Below, piece by piece: positions 59,657 through 64,000 of a stretch of 64,000 nt of DNA. The stretch covers positions 1 through 64,000 of the forward strand of contig JBKBYA010000004.1 of the NCBI GenBank assembly GCA_046313635.1, in the 5' to 3' direction. The notes under the pieces were generated by a model that saw only the letters and a list, made by a program, of their open reading frames with translations, had not been told where the DNA came from and made no database searches. The DNA is from Pyrinomonadaceae bacterium. Lineage in GTDB: Bacteria > Acidobacteriota > Blastocatellia > Pyrinomonadales > Pyrinomonadaceae. Position 1 is the first letter of the stretch. The number at the start of each line of letters is the position of its first letter. The translations under genes were made by a program, and so were the position numbers.

Positions 59657-60757
59657 TTATTCGTTGACCATCACGTCGACCGGATCGATGCCAGCGGCCT
59701 TCCAGGCGGGATAAAGAGCTCCGATCAGGCTGCCGCCGATGGCGATGGCGACGGCCGTCAAGATCCACGCGGCGCTGAATTCAAATGCGAGTTCAAACTG
59801 GCGGCTGATGAGCGTCGACGCCGCCAGCGACAGCAGCATCCCGGCGATGACGCCGAAGACGCCGATCAGGAAGGCCTCGCTCTCGATGGTGGTGATGATG
59901 AATGACGTCGACGCGCCGAGCGATTTGAGAATTCCGATCTCCTTTCGCCGCTCGGTGATCGTCGTGTACATCGACAGCAGAACAAAGATGGTGCTGACAA
60001 AAGCGCCGAGCCCGACCAGCACGCGTAGAAATGTGTTGAGCCCCGGGATGCGTTCCTGAGCGTCGATGATGAGGTCGCTCGTGAGATTGATCTTGTTGCC
60101 GGGCAGCGCCTCGTTGATCCGTGCGGCGACCTGCTCGACATCGGCGCCGTCCTTGACCTTGACGAGAATGTAGGTCGCCTTGTTGGGAGCCTCGAGCGCG
60201 GCCTGCATCGCGCCGAGCGACATCTTGATGCGCGAGCCTGACGGCGGCTCAAAGACGCCGACGACCTTGTACTTCTTTTCGCCAAAAAGCTCGATCTCGT
60301 CGCCGACACTCAGCTTGTCCTGCCGCACCTGGCGTTCATCGACGACGACCTCGTCGTCGGCCAGCGGCGCACGGCCTGCGGTCAGCCGCATACCGTTCAT
60401 CCGTGCAAACGGCTCCCAGTCGACGCCGTCTATCTGCTGCACGCCCCAGCGGCCTTTGGTGCTCGGCGTGATGTAGCGGATGACGGGCACGACCGACTCG
60501 ACGCCCTCGATCTCGAGCAGCCGCGGCACGTAGCCTGTGCTGACCGGCGTATTAGAGCTGTTGAGGTCCATCGCGCCGGGCCGCGTGAAGACGATCTCGG
60601 CCTTCCAGTTCGAGGCGCGGCGGGCCATGTCGTTCGTCATTCCGCGCGCGAGGCCGGTAAAGAGAACGACGAGCGTCACGCCAAGCGCGACGCCGATGAT
60701 GCTGATCAGCGTGCGGAAAGGGCGGACGCGGAGGTTTGCGAAGACGAGTTCGAGCAT
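59657..60757 (-). CDS. ABC transporter permease (MacB/FtsX-like)
   Basis: RTLISIIGVALGV, ERRKEIGILKSLGAS, YPAWKAAGIDPV. Confidence 0.92.
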   Translation of the reverse strand: MLELVFANLRVRPFRTLISIIGVALGVTLVVLFTGLARGMTNDMARRASNWKAEIVFTRPGAMDLNSSNTPVSTGYVPRLLEIEGVESVVPVIRYITPSTKGRWGVQQIDGVDWEPFARMNGMRLTAGRAPLADDEVVVDERQVRQDKLSVGDEIELFGEKKYKVVGVFEPPSGSRIKMSLGAMQAALEAPNKATYILVKVKDGADVEQVAARINEALPGNKINLTSDLIIDAQERIPGLNTFLRVLVGLGAFVSTIFVLLSMYTTITERRKEIGILKSLGASTSFIITTIESEAFLIGVFGVIAGMLLSLAASTLISRQFELAFEFSAAWILTAVAIAIGGSLIGALYPAWKAAGIDPVDVMVNE

Positions 60758-60766
60758 TCGAGAGAT

Positions 60767-62125
60767 CTATTTCAAAAGCCGTGCGTAGTCGAACCGTTTT
60801 GCCGCTTCGATGTCGGTAAAGAGTTCTCTGCGCCTTTGAAAATCTTCATACAGTTTGTCGTAGGTCGCAAGAAGGCGGTCGGTCGAGGCCTCGCGCGTAT
60901 TGGCGCGGGCGGCGGCGAGAGCGTTCGCGATCTTTTTCTCGCGGAGCGAGTCGCTCCCGACGATCTCGCGGACCGCTTCGCTGAAAGCCCGCGCGTCGGG
61001 CTCGACGAGCCATGCGTTGTCGTTTGTCGCGTAACTGAGAATGCCGCCGCTGTTCGGCGCCAGCGTCGGCACGCCGGAGGCCATCGCCTCGAGCGGCGCG
61101 ATGCCAAAGGGCTCGCGCGGGTTTGGATGGACAAAGACGTCGGCATTGGCGTAATAGCCGGCGAGCATTTCTTTGTCGAGGTGCCCGAGCAGGACGATCT
61201 TTCCTTTCGCACGCCGCTCGCCCTGCTCGCGGAGCCATTCGGCCTGCGGCCCGTCGCCGGCGACGACGAGACGGTAGTCGCGCGACGTGTCGGCCGCAAG
61301 TATCTCCATCATCTCGACGAGCAGGCCGATATTCTTTTCGGGCGAGATGCGGCCGGCGTAGAGCAATACGGCCGCGTCCTCGGGAATGCCGGCACGTGAG
61401 ATCATTTCAGCGCGGATCTCGCGCGACCTACGCTCGGGCGAGAACTGGGCCGAATTCACACCGCGAGGCGCGACGTGGATCCGCTCGGCGATGGGCACGC
61501 GCGGCGCGGCGAATCTGCGCCACGCGGCGTTGAAGAGCTTTTTCGACAGCTTTGGATTCAGCCCGAGATCGACGGCGTCGTGAAACTCCTGCGCGGTGTA
61601 GACCGAATTCGCGATGTGATAGTCGAAGACCGGCAGCGTGTAGTTCGCGATGACGCGGCGGGCAAACCACCGGCCGCCGCCGCCGCTCGTCAGGAACGAT
61701 CCGATGTTGTCGTCCATTCGCTCGGCCGAGAAGTGCACAAGCATCGGCCGTCCGAGCTGTTTGAACTTTCCGACGCGTATCATCGCGCCCATCATGCTCA
61801 GCGTGTACTTGTCGGTGACCTCGACGAGGTCGGGCCGCTCGGCGAGCATGATCTCGCGGATCTTTGAGTCGCCCGGCATATACTGCCACGGCATTATGAT
61901 GCGGTAACGCTTGTCGAAGACCGGCGACTGCTTTGCGGGAATGTAGTAGATGCGCGCAAACTCGTTAACGTCCTCGACCGCCTCGGTCTCGCCCGGAACG
62001 ATCAGTCGAACGTACCGGCGATGACGCTCGGCCGCCGCGAGCAGATTGTTGTACGAAGTGCTGATGCCGCCCGAACTCTTGTGATAGTAATTCGTCAGGT
62101 GGACGGAACGTATCGGTTGGCTCAT
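60767..62125 (-). CDS. Glycosyltransferase family 4
   Basis: SGGIST, YAGRISPEKN, EPFGIAPLEAMASGVP. Confidence 0.9.
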   Translation of the reverse strand: MSQPIRSVHLTNYYHKSSGGISTSYNNLLAAAERHRRYVRLIVPGETEAVEDVNEFARIYYIPAKQSPVFDKRYRIIMPWQYMPGDSKIREIMLAERPDLVEVTDKYTLSMMGAMIRVGKFKQLGRPMLVHFSAERMDDNIGSFLTSGGGGRWFARRVIANYTLPVFDYHIANSVYTAQEFHDAVDLGLNPKLSKKLFNAAWRRFAAPRVPIAERIHVAPRGVNSAQFSPERRSREIRAEMISRAGIPEDAAVLLYAGRISPEKNIGLLVEMMEILAADTSRDYRLVVAGDGPQAEWLREQGERRAKGKIVLLGHLDKEMLAGYYANADVFVHPNPREPFGIAPLEAMASGVPTLAPNSGGILSYATNDNAWLVEPDARAFSEAVREIVGSDSLREKKIANALAAARANTREASTDRLLATYDKLYEDFQRRRELFTDIEAAKRFDYARLLK

Positions 62126-62150
62126 AGAGAAAGGGCCGGAACTGCGGCGA

Positions 62151-62792
62151 TCAAAATTCGTCGTCCTCGTCGCCGGCGTCAACGCGGCCTGAGCGCTCGG
62201 CACGGCGGCGCTTTTCGCGGACGGTCCAGACGAGCGGGAACGATATGAACTCGAGCGCGATCCACGGCATTCGCTTAAGGTCTCGCCACAGCGACTGCTT
62301 TGTCTCGTCCTTGACGAGCAGCACGCCGCGCCGCATCGCAAAAAGGTTAAAGACGGCCGAGATGATCGAGATCGCGACCGAGACGAGGATCGCCTTGCCC
62401 TTGCCTCGCGTGCCCGTCAGCGAATCGTAAATGCTCGAGACGACAAATTCGACGACGTGGCTGAACGCCGCGAGCACTAAAGGGATCGTCAAGACCGCGT
62501 GCCATGCCGGCTGCACGCGGCGAAACGCCTGGATGATCGCGCCGTTGACGCCGCCAAAGAGAATGCGAAACGCGGCCTGCGCGAGCATCGCCCCGACGGC
62601 ATCGGCGACGCCGTGCTTCTGAAAAAGGTACGCCCAAAAAAAGATCGGCGCGCGCAGCATCGCGCTCAGCACGGCGGCCTTCCAGTTCCAGCGATAAATG
62701 ACGGCCTCGAGCGGATGGCGGACGAGATGCCCAAAGACGCCCGCTATGCTCGTCTCTGAGGAGGCTGCGATCTCGGCGGCGGTAGCGTTCAT
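62151..62792 (-). CDS. Membrane protein
   Basis: RWNWKAA motif, 4-5 TM, between two GT4 genes. Confidence 0.75.
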   Translation of the reverse strand: MNATAAEIAASSETSIAGVFGHLVRHPLEAVIYRWNWKAAVLSAMLRAPIFFWAYLFQKHGVADAVGAMLAQAAFRILFGGVNGAIIQAFRRVQPAWHAVLTIPLVLAAFSHVVEFVVSSIYDSLTGTRGKGKAILVSVAISIISAVFNLFAMRRGVLLVKDETKQSLWRDLKRMPWIALEFISFPLVWTVREKRRRAERSGRVDAGDEDDEF

Positions 62793-62795
62793 CGA

Positions 62796-64000
62796 TCAAT
62801 CCTGCGGTGCACCGGCCGCGGTCTCGTCGAGCCGCGCGCCCGCGCGTGACCTGCGCTTGGCACGTTTGGCGTCGAGGAACGTCTTTGCCTCGGCGTACGC
62901 CCGATAGACCGTCTCAAAAACCGAATCCCAGGACCGCGTCGCGGCGAACGCGACCGACGAGCGTTTCATCGCGGCAAGCTTTTCGGGATGGTCCATCAGC
63001 TCGATCGAGTACCGCACAAATTCGTCGATGCTGCGGGCGACAAATCCATTCTCACCGTCGGTGACAAAAAATCGCGGGCCGCCCTTGTCGGTCACCAGGG
63101 CCGGCACGCCGGACGCCATCGCCTCCTGCGGGACGTTGCCGTAGGCGTCGGTCTCGGACGGAAAGACAAAGATGTCCATATTGGCATACGCCTCGGCAAG
63201 TGCCTCGCCTTCGAGATAGCCGGTGAATTCGGCCGTCCTCATCGTCCGCTCGAGGTGCTCGCGCTCGTTGCCCTCGCCGACGATCAGAAATTTGAAATTG
63301 GTGCGGCCCGACTCGAGCAGCCGGCTTTCGAGCTCGGCGAGCATGCGGACGTTCTTTTCGGCGCGCAGACGACCGACAAAGCCCAATCGCACGACGCCGT
63401 CGTTCACCGTTCGCTTCGACGGCGAGAAGACCGTCGTGTCGACGCCGCGGATCATCAGGCTCGCATCGCGTCCGGTGCCGCTCGTCAGGATGTCCATGAT
63501 CTCCTGATTCGGGGCGAGTATGTGCTGCGGCATCTTGTAGTAGTAAACCGCGCCGCGCAGGATGCTGCTCTCGATAAAGCGGGTCAAGCCGCCGAGCGCC
63601 GAGGCCGGCATGAAGCTCAGCGACTTGGCGAGCCGACGCGTCGCAAACTCGTGCAGGTTGGTGTGCCACGAGCCGACCAGCGCGATATCCATCTTCCACG
63701 CGAGGTAGGCGCCGACGATGCTGACGTCGTTGAGACCGGTGATGTGAATGACGTCGGGCCGAAACTCTTCGAGCTGCTCACGTACAAAAGACGCGTGACG
63801 CTGAAACAGCGGGTCAAACCTCAGCGAATGGTCCATCGGGATCGACAGCGGCGAGCGCTTGAGCGAAACGAAGCGGATGCTGCCATCGTCGCGCACCGAC
63901 GTCTCGGGACCGGCATGAACGCAGATCAGCGGCCAGCCGCGCCCGCCCGCGAAGCGGACGAGCCGGTTGCTCGTCATCGCTACGCCGTCGACCTCGAGAA
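62796..64000 (-). CDS. Glycosyltransferase family 4 (5' end outside window)
   Basis: EVDGVAMT, WHTN, VGRLRAEKN, DAYGNVPQEAMASGVP. Confidence 0.9.
   Translation of the reverse strand, partial: LEVDGVAMTSNRLVRFAGGRGWPLICVHAGPETSVRDDGSIRFVSLKRSPLSIPMDHSLRFDPLFQRHASFVREQLEEFRPDVIHITGLNDVSIVGAYLAWKMDIALVGSWHTNLHEFATRRLAKSLSFMPASALGGLTRFIESSILRGAVYYYKMPQHILAPNQEIMDILTSGTGRDASLMIRGVDTTVFSPSKRTVNDGVVRLGFVGRLRAEKNVRMLAELESRLLESGRTNFKFLIVGEGNEREHLERTMRTAEFTGYLEGEALAEAYANMDIFVFPSETDAYGNVPQEAMASGVPALVTDKGGPRFFVTDGENGFVARSIDEFVRYSIELMDHPEKLAAMKRSSVAFAATRSWDSVFETVYRAYAEAKTFLDAKRAKRRSRAGARLDETAAGAPQD

Overview
GC-rich bacterial chromosomal window. The gene content (two Oar-type TonB-dependent receptors, lineage-typical hypothetical proteins) suggests Acidobacteriota, probably Blastocatellia/Pyrinomonadaceae; this is inference. 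Most of it is housekeeping: trpS, scpA-scpB-rluB, acyl-CoA dehydrogenase/meaB/mce, comEA-comEC, purH, typA, trmL, an ECF sigma/anti-sigma pair, dusB, surA-like, mfd, lysS, glycosyltransferases. The left edge holds the 3' end of a tyrosine integrase abutting tRNA-Ala(CGC), probably the boundary of an integrated element. Signals missing from the ORF track: (1) a complete ArsC/Spx-family gene whose first CxxC cysteine is an in-frame TGA (candidate UxxC selenoprotein, 5166..5525); (2) a REP-associated HUH transposase with a GTCAGAACC-hairpin REP family whose loop supplies the stop codons of both lysS and scpA; (3) inverted heptamer/nonamer repeat elements, one inserted in frame inside mfd; (4) a candidate ~60-nt sRNA with promoter and terminator between comEC and purH; (5) a purH leader with a 25-aa hydrophobic peptide and a terminator directly before the start codon; (6) three broken genes. 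All product calls come from motif recognition by eye; no database searches were run.
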